Origin: Thermoplasmatota archaeon
Lineage (GTDB): Archaea > Thermoplasmatota > E2 > DHVEG-1
Direction of reading: 5' to 3'
DNA length: 32,794 nt
NCBI GenBank assembly: GCA_035561675.1
Contig: DATMXJ010000012.1
Location: forward strand, 1 to 32,794
In this document: positions 25,525 to 32,794 of the stretch, one piece after another
How positions within the stretch are numbered: position 1 is the first letter of the stretch
How the letters are laid out: each line of letters begins with the position of its first letter
Program-made: the position numbers and the translations under genes
Notes under the pieces: model-generated
What the model was told of the DNA's origin: nothing
Seen by the model: the letters and a program-made list of their open reading frames with translations, nothing else
Database searches by the model: none

Positions 25525-27242
25525 CTATGTCTGCTCAGAGGATACAGCGTGAGGCGCGCAAGTTCGCGTTACAGAATGCGGTGTCATTCAACAGCAAGGC
25601 GAACGAAAAAGCTGTCGTGGGGAAGGTCATCGCTGCATTAAAAAAAGACGGTGTGACCCCCGCAGAGATTATACCAATCGTCTCTCAAGTGGTGGCACAA
25701 GTCAATACCATGTCCGCTGCTGATCAGCTCGCTGAGCTCACCACGCTTGCACCTGAGTTGTTACAAAAAGAAAAGAAAGAAAGAGATTTCTCTCTGCCCC
25801 CGTTACCATTTGCTGAAAAAGGAAAGGTCGTGACTCGTTTTCCACCAGAGCCAAACGGGTATCTGCATATCGGTCATGCGAAGGCAGCCATCATAGACTC
25901 TGAATACGCCCGACTCTACGATGGGAAGTTCATTTTACGATTTGATGACACCAATCCAGAGAACGCACTCCTCGAATTTTATGACGCGCAAAAAGAAGAC
26001 CTACACTGGTTGGGGATACAATGGGATGTCGAATACCATACGTCTGATCATCTTCAGACGCATTACAAACTTGCTGAACAGCTCATCAGTCAAAGGGATG
26101 CATACATCTGCAAATGCACCCCTGAGGTGATCAGAGAAGGCAGGTACCATGCAAAGGCTTGCACGTGCCGAGAAAAGCTCGCCGGACCTGTTGGCCTGGA
26201 TCTGTGGAAGCAGATGCTTGCATCCCGTGAGACAAATTTGATTCTTCGATTGCATGGGGAGATGGACAGCGAGAACACCGCAATGCGGGACCCAACCTTG
26301 TTCCGAGTTATCAACACAGAACACCCATTGACTGGCGATACATACCATGTCTGGCCAACCTATGATTTCGCTGGCGCTGTGGAGGATAGCATCAGCGGAG
26401 TGACCCATCCCTTCCGAACCAAGGAGTACGAGTTACGAGACCAGGTGTATTTCCGAATTCTAAGCCTGTTGAACCTGCGGGCGCCCCATCTGATGGAGTT
26501 CTCCCGGTTATCGATCGACGGGATGCCGGTTTCCAAAAGAAAGATAAAACCCCTCATCGAACAGGGACTGGTCTCCGGGTTTGATGACGTCAGGTTACCG
26601 ACGTTGCGGGGGTTGAAGCGTCGGGGGATTGTTCCCGAGGCGATTAAGCAATTTGTGCTCCAGCAGGGTTTTTCAAAGGTCGAGTCGGTCGTCGATTTCA
26701 GTTTGGTCGAATCGGTGAACCGGAAGTATCTTGACTCCCGGGTGAAGCGTTATTACTTCGTCCCTGACCCCGTACAACTTGTCGTGAATGAGGCTCCGAA
26801 AAAAAAGGTAAAACTCTCTTTGCATCCTGATGCGACCATGGGTGATCGGACTATCCATACCGCTTCGACTTTTTTTATCCCACGACAAGATGTCCAGGTG
26901 ATGAAGATAGGCGATGTGTTTCGACTGAAGGGATTATATAACGTTAAAATCACAAAAATCGGTGAGACGCTTCATGGTGACTATGGGGGAGAAGAACTCA
27001 TTCCTGAGACTGCGAAGATTCAATGGACCACCGATGAATGTATCCCATTGAAGGTATTTGTCCCTGGGCTGATCTTCAAAGGGGATATCTTCAACCCGGA
27101 TAGTCTCCATGAGCTTCAAGGATGTGCCGAGAAAGCGGTCGCTGATGTGCCTGCTGGTGAGATCGTGCAATTTGAGCGTGTCGGTTTTGTCCGGCTAGAA
27201 AAGCAGAAGACAGGATGTGTGGGTTTTTTCGCTCATAAATAA
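25521..27242 (+). CDS. gltX: Glutamate--tRNA ligase, archaeal type
   Basis: 573 aa from the GTG at 25521; an ATG alternative lies at 25527. RFPPEPNGYLHIGHAKAA (HIGH), FRLDDTNP-like FILRFDDTNPE, and MPVSKRK in the KMSKS position. Confidence 0.92.
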   Translation: MTMSAQRIQREARKFALQNAVSFNSKANEKAVVGKVIAALKKDGVTPAEIIPIVSQVVAQVNTMSAADQLAELTTLAPELLQKEKKERDFSLPPLPFAEKGKVVTRFPPEPNGYLHIGHAKAAIIDSEYARLYDGKFILRFDDTNPENALLEFYDAQKEDLHWLGIQWDVEYHTSDHLQTHYKLAEQLISQRDAYICKCTPEVIREGRYHAKACTCREKLAGPVGLDLWKQMLASRETNLILRLHGEMDSENTAMRDPTLFRVINTEHPLTGDTYHVWPTYDFAGAVEDSISGVTHPFRTKEYELRDQVYFRILSLLNLRAPHLMEFSRLSIDGMPVSKRKIKPLIEQGLVSGFDDVRLPTLRGLKRRGIVPEAIKQFVLQQGFSKVESVVDFSLVESVNRKYLDSRVKRYYFVPDPVQLVVNEAPKKKVKLSLHPDATMGDRTIHTASTFFIPRQDVQVMKIGDVFRLKGLYNVKITKIGETLHGDYGGEELIPETAKIQWTTDECIPLKVFVPGLIFKGDIFNPDSLHELQGCAEKAVADVPAGEIVQFERVGFVRLEKQKTGCVGFFAHK

Positions 27243-27362
27243 TTTTTCTCTTTTGTATTAACGAGTTCCCGAAATCTCTTTCTCAACCTCAGTATAATCG
27301 TAGTAATTCTCACTTTGAAGGAAGGTATTTAAACATCAATGTGATTTCTTCTCCCTGCAGGG

Positions 27363-28073
27363 ATGCAGATAAAAAAAGGATGGGAATCGATGCGTTTCAT
27401 GAGTATAGTAGTAATTATGCTAGCATGTTTTTTCCTTGGGTCAACGGTCGTATGTCGCGCTGCCCCCGAACTCCAACCAGACATCGATATGACCACGATC
27501 GCGGTAATCATCACGGTCATCGCCTTACTGCTTGCGTTTTTCTTCCTCATGGGCGGTGTCAAATACGTCACCCCTGAGAACGTCCTTGACACTGAGATTC
27601 GAAAAAACCTCTATTCGTACATCGATGAGTACCCAGGAAGTCATCTTCGTGAGATCGCCAGAGAGCTTGATCTCAAGCCGAGCAATGCCGCCTGGCATCT
27701 ACGGAAACTTGAGCAGACCAATCTCATCAGAAGTAGAGCTATTGGTGGAAAAAAGGTTTATTACCTTGTTGAAGGAGGAATCGAGGCAAAACAGCGCGCG
27801 ATTTCAGAGTCAATCATGCGGAATAAAAACGCTCGAGACATCATGGCGTACCTTTCAGAGCATCCAGGCAAGCACCTCCTCGAGATCGCCCATGCACTTG
27901 CCATCAACCATCATGTGGTGAAATGGCATATCAATAAGCTCTATGAGGCTGAGCTCATCGAAGGAGACACCACGAACTCCGCGTACCCAATCTATTATCC
28001 CACAGAAATAGGACGGCAGTTCATGGAGACGTATACCGAGTTTCTGAAAACAACGGTCGAGAACGCTGCTTAG
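27363..28073 (+). CDS. Membrane-anchored protein with two tandem winged-helix (ArsR/MarR-like) domains
   Basis: N-terminal hydrophobic span MRFMSIVVIMLACFFLGSTVVC, a short loop, then a second TM TTIAVIITVIALLLAFFFLMGG. Two wHTH repeats follow: PGSHLREIARELDLKPSNAAWHLRKLEQTNLI and PGKHLLEIAHALAINHHVVKWHINKLYEAELI. An alternative ATG start lies at 27390. Confidence 0.7.
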   Translation: MQIKKGWESMRFMSIVVIMLACFFLGSTVVCRAAPELQPDIDMTTIAVIITVIALLLAFFFLMGGVKYVTPENVLDTEIRKNLYSYIDEYPGSHLREIARELDLKPSNAAWHLRKLEQTNLIRSRAIGGKKVYYLVEGGIEAKQRAISESIMRNKNARDIMAYLSEHPGKHLLEIAHALAINHHVVKWHINKLYEAELIEGDTTNSAYPIYYPTEIGRQFMETYTEFLKTTVENAA

Positions 28074-28342
28074 ATTCTGCCGACGTCAACGACTTCGACG
28101 TTTTCGACTTTTTTTATCTTCCCGAACTTTTCGACAATAGGATCAAGACCGCCCTCGACATCAGGGACTGCGATTGTCACATCAAGACCTCGAAGACCAA
28201 ACGCGATTTGTTTGACTTCGACGCGGCCGAGTCGAGCTGGTTTTTGGACGACTTTTTTTACTTCTTCGGTGATTAAATCCATATCCTTGTCGGAAATGAC
28301 TCCATCTGGCATGAGACGAATAAGTGCTATGACTTCCCCCAT
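28070..28342 (-). CDS. ef1b: Translation elongation factor aEF-1 beta
   Basis: 90 aa. MGEVIALIRLMPDG... and IAFGLRGLDV are typical of archaeal EF-1beta. A GGAGGA RBS is present. Confidence 0.88.
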   Translation of the reverse strand: MGEVIALIRLMPDGVISDKDMDLITEEVKKVVQKPARLGRVEVKQIAFGLRGLDVTIAVPDVEGGLDPIVEKFGKIKKVENVEVVDVGRI

Positions 28343-28354
28343 CGGGTTATCCTC

Positions 28355-28519
28355 CTATGGTCCTCTGAATCCACATTTCGGGCAGAGATAGTCAACGCTT
28401 TGTTCTCGGCAGTTTGCACAACGTCCAATCATGGTGTCGCAGGTTGGGCATTGGAATGTTGTCGAGCCTTGTTCAAGCAAGCCTTTTCCGCATGAAATGC
28501 ATCGATCAGCTTTTTTCAT
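28355..28519 (-). CDS. Unlisted 54-aa double Zn-ribbon protein (MKKADRCISCGKGLLEQGSTTFQCPTCDTMIGRCANCREQSVDYLCPKCGFRGP)
   Basis: My own translation; it is below the ORF-track cutoff. It has four CxxC knuckles and lies 12 nt upstream of, and co-directional with, aEF-1beta. This matches the conserved archaeal Zn-ribbon gene that precedes ef1b. Confidence 0.75.
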   Translation of the reverse strand: MKKADRCISCGKGLLEQGSTTFQCPTCDTMIGRCANCREQSVDYLCPKCGFRGP

Positions 28520-28578
28520 AGGGAAAACCGTATATCCTTCTCATTTTTAAACCTGACGCCCTGGTCTTTCCTGGAGGA

Positions 28579-29667
28579 TTACCCTTCTTTTTTCTCGATG
28601 GTTTCCAATGAAAACGAGGTGATCGATTTAAAAATCCGGTACTGAAAGACCGCCCCACATATGACGTTCATATGATACGAGATGAATCGGAATAATAACA
28701 CAAACACCCCGAGAAGATACTGATGTGTCGCACCGAGCAGAACACCGTATAACGCAGCCATCCCCAGTTCGGTGACCCCTGAGCTTCCTGGTGTCGTCGG
28801 AAGCATTACAATGATCAACAACAAGGCCTGTGCGGCATACGACTCGATAAAAAACGGGGGCAGACCCAATGCGAGAAGGATCATCGATGGGATCATAAAA
28901 CCAGTGGACCACATTAGGACTGTTAACCCCCCGGCAGTAAGAAACGATTTTCTCCCTTTAGTTAAAAAGAGCACCATGCTGGTATGAAAGTTATCAATCT
29001 CATGTTCAATTCGATGTACCACCTTTTTACTTCGCTCTGGTTTTTTCGAGAACCGACTCAGACGATTGCTGAATCGAAGTAACAACGCCTTGGTTTTTTC
29101 CGGGTATTTCAATGCTAACGCAAATAAAATGATACCTGACATAAATATGATGATACCGATAATCAATCCATAACTGATCAGCTTGACATCAATCCTTTCT
29201 TTAAAAACAAAAAAACCAAACGGGACAATCACTAAAATAAAAATCGCATCAATGAGTCGTTCTCCCAGAACAGCAGCTGTAGCCCCGCCAGTAGTTAATC
29301 CATCCTTATTCAACAAATAAATGCGCACAGGCTCCCCCCCAGCGACCGAGGGAGTAATCCCTGCGAGAAACTGGTTTGCAATCACAATCTTTGTTGCTTC
29401 CCACAGACTGATATGGACCTTCGAATCAATTGCTTTGCTGAGAACCTTTAATCGTGCTCCCCAGATAAACCAGTACAACACATTCAATGCGATTGCGATG
29501 CTGAAGAATAAAAAGAATTCGCCGCGAAACGACACCTGCGATAGATATTGGATTGTTTGTGCATCGATGGTAAAATACAAGATAAACACAATGATTGAAA
29601 GACTCAGGGCGATACTTACGAAAATAGAGATTTTTGTTTTGTTCCATTTCTTTTTCTCGTCTGTCAA
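28579..29667 (-). CDS. UPF0104 / LPG-synthase-TM (MprF flippase-like) family membrane protein
   Basis: 362 aa with about 8 TM helices. Basic N-terminus then TM, LAGITPSVAGGEPVRIYLL motif, and a cytoplasmic basic loop RFSKKPERSKK. Confidence 0.75.
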   Translation of the reverse strand: MTDEKKKWNKTKISIFVSIALSLSIIVFILYFTIDAQTIQYLSQVSFRGEFFLFFSIAIALNVLYWFIWGARLKVLSKAIDSKVHISLWEATKIVIANQFLAGITPSVAGGEPVRIYLLNKDGLTTGGATAAVLGERLIDAIFILVIVPFGFFVFKERIDVKLISYGLIIGIIIFMSGIILFALALKYPEKTKALLLRFSNRLSRFSKKPERSKKVVHRIEHEIDNFHTSMVLFLTKGRKSFLTAGGLTVLMWSTGFMIPSMILLALGLPPFFIESYAAQALLLIIVMLPTTPGSSGVTELGMAALYGVLLGATHQYLLGVFVLLFRFISYHMNVICGAVFQYRIFKSITSFSLETIEKKEG

Positions 29668-29778
29668 TAAAGAGGGTTATTTTATTGACGCTATAAGTCT
29701 CTTGTGGTAGATTCGAGAGTAGGAAAATAAAAAACCTTATGTCCTCCCACCAATTACGCCTCGTACTATTGAAGCATT

Positions 29779-30729
29779 ATGAAAAAATTACCGGTAAAAA
29801 AATACCTTCAAACCATGCGGTACGCAGCGACGAACTATCTCGCAAAAGAATGTATCTACCCTTTTTATGCCTCTTTTAAGGTCACCCATGTCTGCAGCCT
29901 GAAATGTGACTTCTGCAACGTGTGGCGGGAAAAGACATCGGACCTTTCAAAAGAAGACGTGTTCAAGGTTATCGATAATATCGCAAACTCAAGCATCATC
30001 GTCCTGAGTCTTGAGGGTGGGGACCCGCTCGTACGAAAGGATCTTGGGGAAATCCTGCAGTATGCCCATCAGAAACCATTCTACTTGTTTTTTACCACTA
30101 ACGGTCATCTTCTTGACAAACGACCGATGAAAGAGTACGGGAAACACATCGATTATCTGCATATCAGCATCGATGAGGGGCATGGAAACCTTGCGTTCTT
30201 TGACCGTCTGGAGGAGTTCCAAAGCTATGGTCCGGAGATCTGCATCCAAATCGTCGTCACCAGAGAAACCCTCCCGGCACTTGAAGAGAAAGTCAAACGG
30301 GTGTATGAGGTGAACGCCCGTACGGTCGTGATGCCAGCTTGTCATCTGGATGGGACTGATGATTTCTATCCTGATCCGAAACAGTTCCAAGGAGAAATAC
30401 TCCGCTTGAAACAGAAATACCCAAATACGATCACCACACCGAAAGGTTTTTTAGATAACATCAACAGACCACATGGTTGCTCCACCTCCTCAGTGATCAT
30501 CGACTCGGATGGCGGTCTGTTCTATCCGTGTCGGACCGTGGGAAAACACCTTTACAATTTCACGGAAGGCTCTTTTATGGAGTTCCTACGTACTCCAGAG
30601 GCGAAACAAGCAAGGACTGCGATGGATCAATGTGACCGCAGCTGTGGATGGTACCAGTATTTCGCCACTGACGTGTTCGCATCACCCCGCTCTCTGTATT
30701 CCTCCATTAGTCCGTACATCCTCAAATGA
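29779..30729 (+). CDS. Radical SAM enzyme with partial SPASM/twitch-like C-terminal Cys motif; substrate unknown
   Basis: 316 aa. CSLKCDFC (CX3CX2C, nt 29893-29916), LSLEGGDPLV (GGE-type SAM motif), and at the C-terminus C-x16-C containing Gx4C (GGLFYPC), then CDRSC. Confidence 0.8.
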   Translation: MKKLPVKKYLQTMRYAATNYLAKECIYPFYASFKVTHVCSLKCDFCNVWREKTSDLSKEDVFKVIDNIANSSIIVLSLEGGDPLVRKDLGEILQYAHQKPFYLFFTTNGHLLDKRPMKEYGKHIDYLHISIDEGHGNLAFFDRLEEFQSYGPEICIQIVVTRETLPALEEKVKRVYEVNARTVVMPACHLDGTDDFYPDPKQFQGEILRLKQKYPNTITTPKGFLDNINRPHGCSTSSVIIDSDGGLFYPCRTVGKHLYNFTEGSFMEFLRTPEAKQARTAMDQCDRSCGWYQYFATDVFASPRSLYSSISPYILK

Positions 30730-30799
30730 TCATCCTATTATTTTTTTTGATAACTCTTATGTAGTCATCGCTGGTTAACAACAACAGGACCCGACTCTT

Positions 30800-31972
30800 A
30801 TGAAGATACTCTTCACCACGGAATCATACTATCCGATTATTGATGGTGGCGCGATCGCACAGCACCGTATCGTCCATGAACTCATCAAGAAAGGCCATGA
30901 TGTCCGGGTGATCGCCCCGGCTTTCTCCTTTAAAAACATTGTGGAGAACGAGAACGGATCGACAATCTACAGACCACGCGCGTTCATTCTCCCATTTTAT
31001 ATGAACAATAAGTACCATTTCGCCCCCTTTCCATTTCTGTATGTGAAAAAAATCATTGAGGGATTCAAACCAGATGTCATCAACGTCTGCTCCCCATATC
31101 CGATAAGCATCTGTGCTATGATCTTGGCAAAAAAGAAACATATCCCGTTGGTCGGCTCGATCCATATCCTACCGGAAAATGTTCTTGCCCCCTTCTTTTC
31201 TTCTTCTTGGTATCCTACCCTGGTGAAATACATCTGGTCCTATCTCATCTATTTCTACAATCGTGTTGACTGGGCGACGGTTCCGACGCAGACTGGTGCG
31301 GTCATGTACCAGGAGAAAGGATTGAAGACACCGGTTAGTCCGATCTCCAATGGTGTCGATACAGAGATGTTCAAACCAACCAACAAGGGTGAATATCTGC
31401 GAAAAAGATTTAATCTCCCTGAAAAGCCACTCATCCTTTATACAGGGAGAATCAACCAGGAGAAAAACGTTGACGTGCTTGTAAAAGCGATCCCTTTTGT
31501 TCTCAAAAACGTCGATGCACATTTTCTTTTCTGCGGGTCAGGAGGTCTGAAACCAGACATGATGAAATTGACGCAACAGTTAGGTGTGGATGGGCACACC
31601 ACGTTTATCGATTTCCTGGATTGGGCTGATTACCCGAACATTTTTACGCTTGCTGACGTCTTTGTCATGCCAGCGGAATCAGAACTCCAAAGCATCGTCA
31701 CACTCGAGGCGATTGCTACCGGTGTACCACCAGTTGTGGTCAATAAAGGAGCGGTGCCTGAGCTTGCGAGTGCACAGAACGGGTTGGTTTTTGAACCACA
31801 AGACAGCAATCAACTTGCCAAAAACATCATTACTATCCTTTCCGATAAGCAACTGAGGGACACCATGAAAAAAAACAGTCTGAAACTGAGTGAACAGCAC
31901 TCCATGGATATCGTTGGAACCCAGTACGAACAGGTCTATGAAAAAGTCCTCAATCTCCCAAGGGAGAGTTAA
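30800..31972 (+). CDS. GT4-family (GT-B fold) glycosyltransferase
   Basis: 390 aa. N-terminus MKILFTTESYYPIIDGGA..H.....L.KKGHDV and a C-terminal EX7E region PAESELQSIVTLEAIATGVPPVV. Confidence 0.88.
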   Translation: MKILFTTESYYPIIDGGAIAQHRIVHELIKKGHDVRVIAPAFSFKNIVENENGSTIYRPRAFILPFYMNNKYHFAPFPFLYVKKIIEGFKPDVINVCSPYPISICAMILAKKKHIPLVGSIHILPENVLAPFFSSSWYPTLVKYIWSYLIYFYNRVDWATVPTQTGAVMYQEKGLKTPVSPISNGVDTEMFKPTNKGEYLRKRFNLPEKPLILYTGRINQEKNVDVLVKAIPFVLKNVDAHFLFCGSGGLKPDMMKLTQQLGVDGHTTFIDFLDWADYPNIFTLADVFVMPAESELQSIVTLEAIATGVPPVVVNKGAVPELASAQNGLVFEPQDSNQLAKNIITILSDKQLRDTMKKNSLKLSEQHSMDIVGTQYEQVYEKVLNLPRES

Positions 31973-32794
31973 GGGTCTGTTTTTTTCACCATGAGATGTT
32001 GTTCGATAAACGTCCAGTTGACGCTGTAGACTTCAGCCCAATGAATTTCTTCGTTATCCTGGTTGACCGTGGCGTTCCGGTAGACGAGCTCAAACGGTTC
32101 CTGTGAAAACTTCAGAAACGACTCGTTGGTCATATACACGCTCTGCAGGACACGGACGTTGACCGAGATATCGCGCATCACATCATCGATGAGCACATGC
32201 GTCACCACACGGTGGCTCTCCCCATCGAAATCAGTGATGCAGCCTACCCAGGTATCACACGTCCAGGTATCATTAGTACCTTCGAAGGTCGCGTCGATGC
32301 CTTCTGCCCATATCATTTTGGATAGCCGTAGGTCGGTGGCAACCAGGGAATCATTCCTATCAAGGTTGTCGTGGATCCATTGGATAGCATTGGCAGTCTC
32401 ATTCGGGATGCTTTCATCCATCCACTCTAGTGACGTGTACACGGGGTAGACCGCTACGGCGTTTGAAAACACCAGGCCGCAGACGACCAGGACAAACAGC
32501 GCCTGAATCGTGGGGTATGAGAGCTGTTTTTTGAGAATCAGCGACACTTTATGCTCCCTGGATCTGAAGAAGTACAAGACACCGACGGCAGCGAACAAAC
32601 ACGCAGGGACCGTAAGATATTCGACATGACGATCTGGGAACAATGTCGTATTTACCGTTACCAGTGAATAGATGAATGATGAAAGGATAGCGCATAACCA
32701 GGCTTGGAAGAACCAGTGGTTCTTCACATGTTTCAGGTATTCAACACCAAGGCATCCGAACCCGATGAAGAGCAGCATCGGGATTGAATATAGG
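31969..32794 (-). CDS. Polytopic membrane protein with ~165-aa C-terminal soluble domain (possibly the C-terminal part of a GT-C-type glycosyltransferase); N-terminus outside the window
   Basis: The frame stays open to the window edge upstream of the ORF-track ATG at 32778. Several TM helices are followed by a hydrophilic domain with multiple N-x-S/T sequons (NETA, NDSL, NDTW, NESF, NATV, NWTF). The product call is tentative. Confidence 0.55.
   Translation of the reverse strand, partial: LYSIPMLLFIGFGCLGVEYLKHVKNHWFFQAWLCAILSSFIYSLVTVNTTLFPDRHVEYLTVPACLFAAVGVLYFFRSREHKVSLILKKQLSYPTIQALFVLVVCGLVFSNAVAVYPVYTSLEWMDESIPNETANAIQWIHDNLDRNDSLVATDLRLSKMIWAEGIDATFEGTNDTWTCDTWVGCITDFDGESHRVVTHVLIDDVMRDISVNVRVLQSVYMTNESFLKFSQEPFELVYRNATVNQDNEEIHWAEVYSVNWTFIEQHLMVKKTDP

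Noticed and set aside
1-32794. Search by eye for tRNA, rRNA, CRISPR repeats, transposase or integrase genes, terminal inverted repeats, and toxin-antitoxin or known defence genes
   Set aside because: None was found. All intergenic gaps were read, and none shows a cloverleaf-type T-arm sequence, a spaced direct-repeat array or recombinase motifs. A covariance-model scan (tRNAscan-SE, Infernal) would be needed to exclude small ncRNAs formally.

Overview
The window looks like a very compact stretch of archaeal chromosome. By my hand tally of the gaps it is roughly 92-93% coding. Archaeal markers are aEF-1beta with its Zn-ribbon partner, isopentenyl phosphate kinase, type-2 IPP isomerase, GGPP synthase, a 573-aa archaeal-type GluRS, a PAC2 proteasome chaperone, an Ogg2-type glycosylase, TATA-like promoters and GGAGG-type ribosome-binding sites. 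A Thermoplasmatota-like origin is only an inference, drawn from the beta-helix secreted protein and the membrane-tethered wHTH protein. I support 44 CDS. Two of them (40 aa and 54 aa) fall below the ORF-track cutoff, and several ORF-track starts are trimmed to ATGs with an RBS. I found no rRNA, tRNA, CRISPR array, transposase, integrase or recognisable defence or toxin genes, so this is not an obvious accessory island. Gene content has three themes. (1) Anaerobe redox and oxidative-stress functions: trxB, a ferredoxin:disulfide-reductase-rubredoxin fusion with a glutaredoxin-like protein, hemerythrin, a desulforedoxin-like protein and a nitroreductase, plus DNA-damage repair (AlkD-like, Ogg2, Xth). 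(2) Isoprenoid lipid precursor genes. (3) Envelope genes. Two observations stand out. First, bases 598-5658 hold an echCDEF-like group-4 [NiFe]-hydrogenase cassette with hycI and hypE but no NuoH- or NuoL-type membrane subunits; it is followed only by a 76-aa membrane protein and a small ferredoxin. Second, bases 28579-32794 hold a divergent cluster of a flippase-like UPF0104 protein, a radical SAM/SPASM-like enzyme, a GT4 glycosyltransferase and a polytopic membrane protein, which could remodel a lipid or glycan head group. All functional calls rest on motifs I recognised by eye; no database search was run.
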